Of a DNA stretch of 64,000 nt, positions 43,535-52,461 are shown in pieces (positions within the stretch are counted from its first letter, which is position 1; each line of letters starts with the position of its first letter). Source of the stretch: Jatrophihabitans sp. (GTDB taxonomy: Bacteria; Actinomycetota; Actinomycetes; Mycobacteriales; Jatrophihabitantaceae); NCBI GenBank assembly GCA_036559305.1, contig DATBTJ010000051.1:1129-65128 (forward strand), read 5' to 3'. A program made the position numbers and the translations under genes. The notes under the pieces were generated by a model, which saw nothing but the letters and a program-made list of their open reading frames with translations, was not told the origin of the DNA and searched no databases.

Positions 43535-44680
43535 ATGACCAAGGCGGGGATTGCGGCGCTGATCGGCGGCCTGGTGGCGCTGGTGCTCGGGCTCGTGCTG
43601 CAGTGGACCGCGTTCGACCTGGTCGGGCTGGGCCTGCTCGCCATGGTCGCGGTCGCCGTGCTCGTGGTCGTGCGCCCGTCGCCGCTGTCGATCGACCGGG
43701 CCATCCAGCCGCCGCGGGTGCCGAAGGGGTCGCCCGCGATCGCGGTGCTCACCTTCGCCAACCGCGGCCGGCGCACCGTCGGAGTCACCGTCGCGAACCA
43801 GCCGTTCGGCGCCAGCATCGTCCGCACCGTCATCCCGCGGCTGCGGCGCGGCGAGCGCGGCCTACGCACCTACCGGCTGCCGACCCGGCAGCGCGGCATC
43901 TTCGACGTCGGCCCGGTCGAGGTGACCCGGCGCGACGCGTTCGAGCTGTGCCGCTCGTCGCGCCGCTACGGCGACGTCGAGAAGATCTGGGTCTACCCCC
44001 GGCTGCTCGACATCCGGGCGCTGCCGACCGGCAACACCCGCCACCTCGAGGGGCCGTCGTCGGACATCTCGCCGCAGGGCAACATCACCTTCCACCGGCT
44101 GCGCGACTACGTCGTCGGCGACGATCTGCGACTGGTGCACTGGCGCTCGTCGGCCCGCACCGGACGGCTGGTCGTGCGGCACAACGTGGACACCTCGCAG
44201 CCCTACACGGTCGTGCTGCTCGACCTGCGCCCCAGCCGGTACACGGCCGAGTCGTTCGAGGCTGCGGTGGACGTGGCCGCGTCGGTGCTCGTGGTGAGTT
44301 CGGCGAACAAGGCGCCGGTCGAGCTGCGGCTGACCGACTCGACCGTGATCGGCGGCCCGCGGGTACGTGAGGTCACCCCGCTCATCGATCACCTGACCGG
44401 CGTGCAGCCCGACACCTCCGGCGAGCTCAAGGGTCAGCTGCTCGCCCTGCGGCGCGCCCGGGGCGGCACGTCCCTGGTCGTGGTCACCGGCGTGCTCGAC
44501 ACCGGCGACCTGCCCTACGTGGCGGCGCTGCGGCGCCGCTTCGACCGCCTGGTGGTGGTCAGCCTGGACACCGAGACCAAGAACCCCGCGCCGGTCCGGT
44601 TCCCGGGCGTGCGGGTGATCGTGGCCGGCGACGCCGACGAGGTGGCCGCGGCCTGGAACGTCTCGGCGCTGACGCGGTGA
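43535..44680 (+). CDS. DUF58-domain protein (MoxR partner, vWA-like)
   Basis: Two N-terminal TM helices, then YVVGDDLRLVHWRSSAR, a DUF58 hallmark. ATG at 43535. Confidence 0.85.
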   Translation: MTKAGIAALIGGLVALVLGLVLQWTAFDLVGLGLLAMVAVAVLVVVRPSPLSIDRAIQPPRVPKGSPAIAVLTFANRGRRTVGVTVANQPFGASIVRTVIPRLRRGERGLRTYRLPTRQRGIFDVGPVEVTRRDAFELCRSSRRYGDVEKIWVYPRLLDIRALPTGNTRHLEGPSSDISPQGNITFHRLRDYVVGDDLRLVHWRSSARTGRLVVRHNVDTSQPYTVVLLDLRPSRYTAESFEAAVDVAASVLVVSSANKAPVELRLTDSTVIGGPRVREVTPLIDHLTGVQPDTSGELKGQLLALRRARGGTSLVVVTGVLDTGDLPYVAALRRRFDRLVVVSLDTETKNPAPVRFPGVRVIVAGDADEVAAAWNVSALTR

Positions 44681-44687
44681 CGACCCG

Positions 44688-47333
44688 ATGACGCTGCTGA
44701 CCCCGCCACCGGATCAGCGATCGGCGCTGTCGCCCGTCCAGCGCATCGTCCGGGATCTCGTGCCCTACGCGATGGTGCCGCTGTGCCTGGTCGCGAGCCT
44801 GCTCTCGGCCGCGCCGTGGCTGCGGTCGTTCCCCACCTCGCTCGCCGGCGCCCCGATGTACGGCGCCGCGGTGCTGAGCGTGCTGGTGGCGCTGGTCGTG
44901 GTGCGGATCCGACCCCGCTGGCTGTGGCTGAGCGTGCTCGTCGACGCCGTGGCGTTCACCGTCTTCACGCTGGTGCTGGTGCTGCGCGAGCCGCTCGGCT
45001 TCGACGCTCTCTGGAACGGCCTGCTGCACGGGCCGTCCCAGATCCTCACCTACGCCCTGCCGCTGGTCAGCCCGCGCAGCCTGATGGTGGCGCCGGTCGC
45101 GCTGGTCTGGCTGGCCGGGGCGCTCGCCGGTGAGTGCCTGGCCCGTCGCTGGTACACCCTGCTGCCCTACCTCGGCTTCCTCATCGCGTTCGGGCTGTCC
45201 TACGCCGCGACCCAGCGCGCCGCCGGGGCCGCGCTGACCAGCACGCTCACCCGCGAGAGCCTGCTGGCGGCGGCGCTGCTGGTGACCTTGCTGTTGCTGC
45301 GCGTCGCGCAGGCCTGGGTGCGCCAGGACCAGACGGCAGAGAGCACGCAGGCAGACGGCGTGCTGCCGCTGCGCGGGCTGGTGGTCGGCGTGGTCACCAC
45401 GCTGGTCATCGCCGTCGTCGCGGCGCTCGCCGTGCGGACCACCGCGTTCCCGAAGCGGGCCGTGGAGCCGCAACGGGTGCCGAGCATCGACCAGACCAAT
45501 CCGCTCACCCCGGTCGGTTTCGTGTCCGGCCTACGCCCGCGCAGCAACACCGACCCCGGACGGCCGGTGTTCACGGTGACGACCGACAAGCCGACGCCGG
45601 GGTACTTCTCGATCGCCAACGTCGACTTCTACGACGGCGCCGGCTGGTCGTTCGACCGCACGTTCCGCCCGTCCGGCGGGGTGCTCCCCGTCGACACCGA
45701 CCCGGCGCTGCAGGCGCACAGCACGCTGACCCAGCAGTACCGCATCGCGCCCGGCCCGCTCGCCGGGGCACCGTGGATGCCGTTCGTCTACCGCGCCCAG
45801 CGGGTCACCGGGGCCGCGGTGAACATCGACCCGGGCAGCGGCATGATCGTGCCGGCCGGGCCACTGGCGGCCGGGACGACCTACACGATGCGGTCCGGGG
45901 TGTCGCCGACGACCTTCGACCGGCTCAAGGCCCGCACCGCCTCGCCGGACACCGCCACCTCGACGATCGACACCCAGCTGCCGGGAACGCTGCGCACGAC
46001 GCTGGACAAGGTGATCCAGGCACTCTCGCAGGAGACGCACACCCCGACCTCGCCCGCGCTGCCGTTCCTCCAGGCGCTGCAGCGCGATCTGCAGGCGAAG
46101 TACACGCTGTCCAACGCAGCGCGTGCGGTCGCGAAGTCGACGGTGTCGGCAACGCCGTCGTCGTCGGCGTCCGCACCGCCGAAGTCGACGTCGAAGCCGC
46201 CGGCCAAGCACCACCCGCGCGACCGGACCCATTCACCGCTGCCGGGCCGCTCGCCCCACGCGTCGCAGACTCCGGCGCACCGCTCCCCTACCGCCGAGCC
46301 GACGCCGACGCCGGCACCGAGCCGATCCACCGATCTGGGCCCGGCGGGCGACCTCGCCGGCGGCACCGGGTTCGCCGACGTCCTGGCCTCCATCCTGGGC
46401 ACGAACCGCAGCGGCACCCCCGAGCAGTTCGCGACCCTGCTCGCCCTCATCGCCCGCGATCTCGGCGTCCCGGCCCGGGTGGTCACCGGGTTCCGGGTCG
46501 AACCGACCGGCGGAGCCGCCTGGCTCCCGGCCGGCCGCTACGACGTCACGACCGCCGACGCCTGGACCTGGGCCGAGATCCCGGTCAACGGCGTCGGCTG
46601 GGTGGTGCTCGACGGCGCCCCGGCCAAGTTCTCGGCCAATGCCAAGCAGACCGAGTCCGGCGCCGCGCCGCCGTCGAGCAGCTCGGCGCCGCCCAGCCAG
46701 AACGCGCTGATCACCCAGGGCGGCAACGGCAACGCGGTCGCGCCGAAGGGGAAGGTCCCGCACTCGACGGCCACACCGACCCACGCGCTGGTGATCGCGC
46801 TGGCCGTCGCGATCGGGGTGCTGCTCGTCCTGTTGCTGGTGGTGCTGCTCTCGCGCAAGCGCCTGCGCGCCGCCCGCCGGCGCAGAGTGCCGGACCCGCG
46901 CCTGCGCGTGGTCGGCGCGTGGCAGGAGAGCCTGGACCGGCTCGCCGAGGCCGGCCTGGCGGACCTGTCCGCCCTCACCAGCGCCGAGGTCGCCGCCCGG
47001 GTGGGTGAGCAGTTCGGCCCGGACGTCGCCGCCGACACCGCCGCGCTCGGCAGCGCGGCCGACGCGGTGACCTACAGCAGCGCGCCGGGCATCGACGCCG
47101 CGGTCGCCGAGGACGCCTGGCGGCGCCACCGCAACGTGCGCACCCAGGTCGGGCGTCGCCTCGGCCTGCGGGGCCGGTTGGCCGCGGGCCTGCGCTACCG
47201 CCGGATCGGCCGCACGGTCGCCCGGCCGGTCAGCCCGGCGTCCTGGGACCGCCCGGCCGCCGCGGAACCCAAGGCCGCGCGGACCCAGCGCCAAGGCCGC
47301 CGCGACTACGAGGGCCGGCGCCGCTCGCACTGA
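44688..47333 (+). CDS. TgpA-like transglutaminase-fold membrane protein (DUF3488 / TGase core / DUF4129-like tail)
   Basis: About 6 N-terminal TM helices. Core PEQFATLLALIARDLGVPARVVTGF ... WTWAEIPVNGVGWVVLDGAP. A late TM helix and a cytoplasmic tail. Confidence 0.85.
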   Translation: MTLLTPPPDQRSALSPVQRIVRDLVPYAMVPLCLVASLLSAAPWLRSFPTSLAGAPMYGAAVLSVLVALVVVRIRPRWLWLSVLVDAVAFTVFTLVLVLREPLGFDALWNGLLHGPSQILTYALPLVSPRSLMVAPVALVWLAGALAGECLARRWYTLLPYLGFLIAFGLSYAATQRAAGAALTSTLTRESLLAAALLVTLLLLRVAQAWVRQDQTAESTQADGVLPLRGLVVGVVTTLVIAVVAALAVRTTAFPKRAVEPQRVPSIDQTNPLTPVGFVSGLRPRSNTDPGRPVFTVTTDKPTPGYFSIANVDFYDGAGWSFDRTFRPSGGVLPVDTDPALQAHSTLTQQYRIAPGPLAGAPWMPFVYRAQRVTGAAVNIDPGSGMIVPAGPLAAGTTYTMRSGVSPTTFDRLKARTASPDTATSTIDTQLPGTLRTTLDKVIQALSQETHTPTSPALPFLQALQRDLQAKYTLSNAARAVAKSTVSATPSSSASAPPKSTSKPPAKHHPRDRTHSPLPGRSPHASQTPAHRSPTAEPTPTPAPSRSTDLGPAGDLAGGTGFADVLASILGTNRSGTPEQFATLLALIARDLGVPARVVTGFRVEPTGGAAWLPAGRYDVTTADAWTWAEIPVNGVGWVVLDGAPAKFSANAKQTESGAAPPSSSSAPPSQNALITQGGNGNAVAPKGKVPHSTATPTHALVIALAVAIGVLLVLLLVVLLSRKRLRAARRRRVPDPRLRVVGAWQESLDRLAEAGLADLSALTSAEVAARVGEQFGPDVAADTAALGSAADAVTYSSAPGIDAAVAEDAWRRHRNVRTQVGRRLGLRGRLAAGLRYRRIGRTVARPVSPASWDRPAAAEPKAARTQRQGRRDYEGRRRSH

Positions 47334-47361
47334 GCGGCAGCCGCCCGCTTCCGGGACCGGA

Positions 47362-47916
47362 CTAGAGCAGGAACGACGTCCCGGTGACCGCGACGCCGGC
47401 GGCGGCCGCGGCCTCTTCCAGCGCCAGCAGGGTAGCCCGCGAGCCACCGCCGTAGTTGATGTCGCCCGCGCCGGCATCGCCGGCGGTCTGCAGTTCGGAG
47501 GCCTTCTGGTCGTCGACCTGCACGTACGCCTTGTAGGTGTCGGCGATCTTGCACAGGTGTTCGGCCAGCCGCGCCGCGACCACCGACGCGGACTTCTTCA
47601 GGGTCCCGCCGCTGTAGATGTCCGGGGCCAGAGCCTGGACGACCGTCGTCTGCACCGAGTCGGTCACGCCCTGGATGCGGCTCACCTCGAGCACCTGCGA
47701 CGAGTACGGCTCCTGGGGCAGGTTCCTCAGCGCGGCCTGGAACTGCTCGTGGACGGCCTTGACCTTGAAGTAGTAGTCGTAGAGCGCCTGGAGATCGACC
47801 CGCAGCTGCTGACCATTGCCCGACGCGACTGCCAGGGCGAGGTCGGCATTGATCCCGGCCTCGATCCCCCCGGCGACCGCGCCGATCGAGCTGGCGGCGC
47901 TACCTGCATCCAACAT
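47362..47916 (-). CDS. ESX-associated hypothetical helical protein (184 aa)
   Basis: GGGAGA lies upstream of the ATG, which is 12 nt after the preceding stop. Last gene of the accessory operon. No recognisable domain. Confidence 0.6.
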   Translation of the reverse strand: MLDAGSAASSIGAVAGGIEAGINADLALAVASGNGQQLRVDLQALYDYYFKVKAVHEQFQAALRNLPQEPYSSQVLEVSRIQGVTDSVQTTVVQALAPDIYSGGTLKKSASVVAARLAEHLCKIADTYKAYVQVDDQKASELQTAGDAGAGDINYGGGSRATLLALEEAAAAAGVAVTGTSFLL

Positions 47917-47928
47917 CGCGGTTTCTCC

Positions 47929-49422
47929 CTACTCGCCGATCACCGGGGGCGCGGCGGTCACGCCGTCGCCCCAAACGTCCTCGGTCTCGACGAGGTAGTC
48001 CGGCACCCGCGCCTCTTCCTCGTCGTCGCGGCGCCGCGCGCCGCCGCCACCGGGGTAGCCGCCCATCCGGCCGGCCTCACCGGCCACCGGCTCACCCATG
48101 AAGCCCTCGGGGGCGCCCGCGCGCAGCACGCCCCGCCGCCCGGGCGGAAGTTCTTCCTGGGCCAGGCCGCCGCCGGGCAGCCGGCTGCTGCCTGCCTCGC
48201 CCTCGCCGAGGGCCCCGCTGCCGAGGCGACCGCGGCCGGTGCTCTCGCCCTCGGCGAGCCCCGACCCGCTGCCGGTGCCGGTGCCGGGACGGCTTTCGCC
48301 CTCGGCCAGCCCACCCGAGCGGCCGCGGCCGGTGCCCTCGGTGAAGCCCTCGCTCGCGCCGTTCGCGCCCCGCCCCAGCAGCGAGCCGCCGGTGAGCGCG
48401 CCCGCGCCGAGCAGGCCGGCCCCACCGAGCACGCCGCCCGCCGTTCCGACGCCGCCGCTCGGTGTCTCCGGCACGGCCTGACTCGGCGGCCCCGCCGGGG
48501 TCAGCGGGTTGGTGCCCGGGTCGGTGCTCTGCGGGGTGGTCGTCGTCGGGATGGTGGTCTGCGTCGGCGGCGTCGGGTCCTTGATCGCCTGCGGCGGCTT
48601 GCGGGTGTCGTGGCCCTTCACGCCGTCGGTCATGATCTGGTTGTCGGTGGAGTTCATCGCAACGCCGGCCACCGGCGTGCTGTAGCCACCGCCCGGGCCG
48701 CCGCCGTGAGGACCGCCGCTGTAGTGGCTGCCGATGTGGCCCGACCGGCCGCCCGAGCCCGGCACGGGCGGCAGGCTCGAGGGCGGGGTGTTGGCCCTGG
48801 TCGGGCCGTTGGGCCAGGACTGGGAGCGCATGGTGTCGGCCTGCGCGGTGCCGCCGGAGTCCATCCGGTTGGCGATCTGGACGGCCTGGGCGTGCGCCTG
48901 CTGATACTTCTGGTGCTGCTGGTACTTGGCCATGCCGATCCCGATGATGCCGCCCGGGGCGCCCGAGGTGATCGCGTGCCCCATCGAGTCGTCGACGTTC
49001 GGGATCGACCGCGATTTGGCCTGGTCGGCCTTGGCCTGCTCGTAGTAGGACTTCGACGCCGACGACGAGGCGGTCGAGGCCGAGTGCATCTGGGTGAACT
49101 GCTGATGGGTGGTCTGCGCGTCGGCTACCGCTGCACTGGCCGCCGGGCCCTCCCACGCGGCGCCGAGCGACTTGACCTGATTCATGAAGTCGTCGGCGGC
49201 CTGGGCGCAGGCCCGGGAGCCTTCGTCGAACTGGCGCGCGGACTGGTCGAGCCAGCTGATGTCGGCGTTCTCGATCTCCAGCTTGAGCGTCTTGAGATCC
49301 CAGCTGCTGTAGTCGTTGCTCACCGCGCTCCCCCTACGGCCAGGCGCAGCTGCGCCGTCCGACCGTGTCGTTGCGCCCCAATCGATGTGATTTGGGCGCG
49401 ATTCGTCTTGATCGTAGGACAC
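47929..49422 (-). CDS. putative ESX substrate: PPE-like/WXG helical N-domain, Gly/Pro-rich middle, acidic-Trp C-terminus
   Basis: YSSWDLKTLKLEI...VKSLGAAWEGPAASAA (W-x-G), Pro/Thr and Gly tracts, and the tail RRRDDEEEARVPDYLVETEDVWGDGVTAAPPVIGE. Confidence 0.7.
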   Translation of the reverse strand: MSYDQDESRPNHIDWGATTRSDGAAAPGRRGSAVSNDYSSWDLKTLKLEIENADISWLDQSARQFDEGSRACAQAADDFMNQVKSLGAAWEGPAASAAVADAQTTHQQFTQMHSASTASSSASKSYYEQAKADQAKSRSIPNVDDSMGHAITSGAPGGIIGIGMAKYQQHQKYQQAHAQAVQIANRMDSGGTAQADTMRSQSWPNGPTRANTPPSSLPPVPGSGGRSGHIGSHYSGGPHGGGPGGGYSTPVAGVAMNSTDNQIMTDGVKGHDTRKPPQAIKDPTPPTQTTIPTTTTPQSTDPGTNPLTPAGPPSQAVPETPSGGVGTAGGVLGGAGLLGAGALTGGSLLGRGANGASEGFTEGTGRGRSGGLAEGESRPGTGTGSGSGLAEGESTGRGRLGSGALGEGEAGSSRLPGGGLAQEELPPGRRGVLRAGAPEGFMGEPVAGEAGRMGGYPGGGGARRRDDEEEARVPDYLVETEDVWGDGVTAAPPVIGE

Positions 49423-49461
49423 ATCGTCCGTGCAGTTCTTCCCGAAAACCTCACAGAAGTC

Positions 49462-50262
49462 TCATCCCCCCGTCTCGTAGCAACTCGCGACCGCGTCGAC
49501 CGCGGCGCGGAACAGCGCGTCCGGGCCCGCGCCGGTCAGTAACACCACCGGCTGGCCCTGGCGCCGACCGCGCTCGACCTGCAGCAGCGTCCCGGCGTCG
49601 TACTCGCGCCAGGTCGCCGAACGCGCCGAGTGGCGCGGCGGCTCGTCCGGCCCGCCGTAGGCCATCGCGCCGAGCGCCCCCGAGGTCGCCGCCGCGTTGC
49701 CGACCCGTTCTCGCAGCAGGATGAGGTCCTCGGTGAGGCCGAGGTGCGACATCTGCGCGCGCAAGGTGCGAGCGCTCGCACCGGACTCGATCGCGGCATC
49801 GAGGTCGCGCAGCCCCGCCACGCTCACCTCGCACGGCTCGCAGCGCAACGGTGTCAGCGGTGGCAGCGCGCCGACCACCCCGGCGGCGAGCTCGGTATCG
49901 GCGATCTCACGAACGGCCACCTTCTGCGCGTCGAGCAGCAGCAGTACCGCGCGATCGTCGCGGCTCGCGACAGAGAAGAACTTCGTCTCGTCGGCGTCGG
50001 GGACCCTCGCCCGCACGGCGTAGACCGACAGACGCGGTGCGCTGAAGGCCGACGCCGTCGCCGCGAGCACCGGCGAGTCGGTCAGTTCGCGTTCGGCGAG
50101 CAGGCGGGTGAGCTGGTCACGGTCCGGGCCGGGGACGAAGCCGAGCGCGCCGCTGCCCAGCGGGAACGGCAGCGCCAGGCCACGCGCCCTGGTCCAGGCC
50201 ACGAACTCCGGGGTGGACAGCGACACCCAGTCGACACCGATCCCGGACCTGGTCTCGGTCAT
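49462..50262 (-). CDS. espG: EspG-family ESX secretion chaperone (putative)
   Basis: VSLSTPEFVAWTRARGLALPFPLG... N-terminal pattern and about 270 aa length are typical of EspG. GGAGGA lies upstream. It sits directly upstream of the PPE-like gene. Confidence 0.65.
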   Translation of the reverse strand: MTETRSGIGVDWVSLSTPEFVAWTRARGLALPFPLGSGALGFVPGPDRDQLTRLLAERELTDSPVLAATASAFSAPRLSVYAVRARVPDADETKFFSVASRDDRAVLLLLDAQKVAVREIADTELAAGVVGALPPLTPLRCEPCEVSVAGLRDLDAAIESGASARTLRAQMSHLGLTEDLILLRERVGNAAATSGALGAMAYGGPDEPPRHSARSATWREYDAGTLLQVERGRRQGQPVVLLTGAGPDALFRAAVDAVASCYETGG

Positions 50263-50264
50263 GA

Positions 50265-51275
50265 TCAGCTTCCTCCGAGGGTGAGGTCGCCGTCGATCCG
50301 GCGTTGCGACTCGTGCCCGTCACGGTTGCCGGTCCGGCCACCCTTGATCGTGTCGTCGCCGACTCCGATGGCGGTGTCGATGCCGGCGTTCTTGACGGCC
50401 TTCGAGATGCCTTCGTCGAGGGCCTTTCGCGCGGCGTTGCGGCCGGTCTGCGCGAACACGTCCGAGGCCGAGCGCAGGGCCCCTTCGGCCTGGCGCAGGG
50501 CGGTGGCCTGCTCCTGGACGGCCTGCGCCAGCGTGCTGAACTCGCCCTCGACGTGGCGGATCATGCTCGCGACGCGCTCGAGCATGGACGAGGTCTGCCC
50601 GACGGTCTCGGCTCCCTGCCCACAGGCCATCGCCGCCTCGCCGGCGACTGCGGCCTGGCCCGCGGCCTCGCTCGCGCCGAAGGTGAACAACGCCGACGCC
50701 GCGGCGGCCGCCTCGGTCAGGATCGCGTACTCGACCCAGCTCGCGATGATGCTCTTGATCAATCCCTGCGCGCCGTCCATCAGGGTGGCGCTGACCCGCA
50801 GCACGTCGGCGACGTGATCGGCCTGGCCCGCCACGCTCGCGACGCCGTGCTCGAAGGCCGCGATCTTGGCCCGGAAGGCATCGCCTGCGGCGCCGGCCCA
50901 GCTGCCCTGCGTCCGGGCCGCGTCCTGACCGACCGCGGGACCCAGCTCGCGCAGGCTCGCCCCGACCTCGTTCCACTGGTCGGCCTTGGCGTTGAGACCG
51001 TCCGGATCGCCGGTGACCAGGTCGAGGGCCTGCTTCAACGGCGCGACCAGGTCGATCAGGAAGCTCAACCCGGCCTCGATCAGCGCCTCGAGCGGATCGC
51101 CGAGCGCCGCGCCGGAGTGGCCGCCGACGAACGCGGACACATCCTTGGCCAGGCCGCCGATGTCCCAGACGTCCTTGCCGGCCGCGAGCAGGTTCCCCTC
51201 GCCGATGTCCTTGCCGAGCGACTTGCCCGACTCATAGCCCTTGACGCCGACGGCGAGGCCGTCCCCGGCGCTCAT
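50265..51275 (-). CDS. putative T7SS-secreted protein with WXG-like N-domain and hydrophobic Ala/Gly segment
   Basis: LVTGDPDGLNAKADQWNEVGASLRELG...GSWAGAAGDAF (W-x-G). AILTEAAAAASALFTFGASEAAGQAAVAGEAAMACG. ATGA overlap with the upstream gene. Confidence 0.65.
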   Translation of the reverse strand: MSAGDGLAVGVKGYESGKSLGKDIGEGNLLAAGKDVWDIGGLAKDVSAFVGGHSGAALGDPLEALIEAGLSFLIDLVAPLKQALDLVTGDPDGLNAKADQWNEVGASLRELGPAVGQDAARTQGSWAGAAGDAFRAKIAAFEHGVASVAGQADHVADVLRVSATLMDGAQGLIKSIIASWVEYAILTEAAAAASALFTFGASEAAGQAAVAGEAAMACGQGAETVGQTSSMLERVASMIRHVEGEFSTLAQAVQEQATALRQAEGALRSASDVFAQTGRNAARKALDEGISKAVKNAGIDTAIGVGDDTIKGGRTGNRDGHESQRRIDGDLTLGGS

Positions 51276-51607
51276 GAGCCACCGTCGGTCGTCGAGCTGA
51301 TGCCGGAGAACAGCCCCGCGGCCGCTTCGTCGGCGGCGTCGTAGTCGCGCGCGCTCGCCTCGACCGCGGTGCGGGCCGCGGTGAGGAAGGCCTGCACCTC
51401 GCCGATGCTGCGATCGGCGCTCGTGCGCGCGGAGGCGTAGCCGTCGTGGAGCCCCAGGCCGAGACCGAGCGCGCCCCAGGAGATGGTGTCGACCTCGGCC
51501 GCACGCGCCTTGCCGGCTATCGCGCCGGCGGTGTCGGCGTGCTCGCCCAGGCCGCCGGCGACCGAGCGCAACGCCGCGGTCGTGACGTGGAAGTGATTGC
51601 AGGTCAT
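51272..51607 (-). CDS. small helical ESX-associated protein (EspC/DUF2580-like, 111 aa)
   Basis: HVTTAALRSVAGGLGEHADTAGAIAGKA... helical pattern. Starts 1 nt after the YbaB-like stop. Confidence 0.6.
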   Translation of the reverse strand: MTCNHFHVTTAALRSVAGGLGEHADTAGAIAGKARAAEVDTISWGALGLGLGLHDGYASARTSADRSIGEVQAFLTAARTAVEASARDYDAADEAAAGLFSGISSTTDGGS

Positions 51608-51608
51608 G

Positions 51609-52073
51609 TCATTCCTCTTCGGGGGAGAATCGACCGCCGGGCGTGCCGGGCGTGCCGGACGCCGGGGCGGCCGGATCAGCCGAATCAGCCGGGGCCGCTG
51701 CCTCGGATGCGGTCGCGCCGGACAGGCTCGGGAGCCTGCCCTGCGCGATCGCGCCGACGTCGACGCGGCGCCCGGTCAGGGGCGCGACCTCGGCGCTGGT
51801 GCGCTCGGCGACCTCGGCGAGCCCGGAACGGATCGCCTCCAGGATCGTGCTCGCGAGCGTCTCGGGCGTCTTGGCCATCGCCTGGCTGGTCAGCTTGAGG
51901 TCGACGATCGCGCCGCCCGCGGCGAGCTCGACACTCACGCTGCGGTCGGTGGAGCTTGCCCGCACGCGCAACTTCTCGAGCACCTCCCGGATCTGGTGGT
52001 ACTGCGCCACCTGCGCGCGGCTTCGCTCACGCGCGGCAGCCAGCGGTGCCACCTCGTCCCGGGCAGCGGTCAC
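51609..52073 (-). CDS. YbaB/EbfC-like protein (EspL-like) with Ala/Pro-rich tail
   Basis: LRVRASSTDRSVSVELAAGGAIVDLKLTSQAMAKTPETLASTILEAIRSGLAEV fits the YbaB fold pattern. GTG start at 52073. Confidence 0.65.
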   Translation of the reverse strand: MTAARDEVAPLAAARERSRAQVAQYHQIREVLEKLRVRASSTDRSVSVELAAGGAIVDLKLTSQAMAKTPETLASTILEAIRSGLAEVAERTSAEVAPLTGRRVDVGAIAQGRLPSLSGATASEAAAPADSADPAAPASGTPGTPGGRFSPEEE

Positions 52074-52119
52074 GATCGGATCCTCTCGATGATTCGTCGG
52101 TTGAGTGGCGGTCGGTGGC

Positions 52120-52455
52120 TCAGCGCAGCCAGGTCTGGGAGAACTCGTCGTCGTCGGTGTCGTCGCGGGGCGCAGCCGCCGTGGCGGCCGGGCCGGGCTC
52201 GGTCCGGCGGACCGGAAGCTCCCACTCGTCCTCGGGGTCGAAGCGAGTGTCTCGCTCCGGCTCGACCGGCTGCTCGGGCGGGTCCGGCGCACGGGTGAGC
52301 GTGAGCCCACGCACGTGCTCGACGAGCGCGGCGTTGGCCGCCCGCGTCTGGCGCCCGACCGCGTCGAGGGTGTTGAACACCCCGTCGCGCGCCGACCGGG
52401 CGCCGGACACGAGGTCCTGCATCACCGCGGCCATCCTGCTCGCCGGCTCAGTCAT
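52120..52455 (-). CDS. small ESX-associated hypothetical protein with acidic/Trp C-terminus (111 aa)
   Basis: The ATG is 6 nt after the stop of the 849-aa gene. C-terminus ...DPEDEWELPV...DDTDDDEFSQTWLR. Confidence 0.55.
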   Translation of the reverse strand: MTEPASRMAAVMQDLVSGARSARDGVFNTLDAVGRQTRAANAALVEHVRGLTLTRAPDPPEQPVEPERDTRFDPEDEWELPVRRTEPGPAATAAAPRDDTDDDEFSQTWLR

Positions 52456-52461
52456 CGCCGA

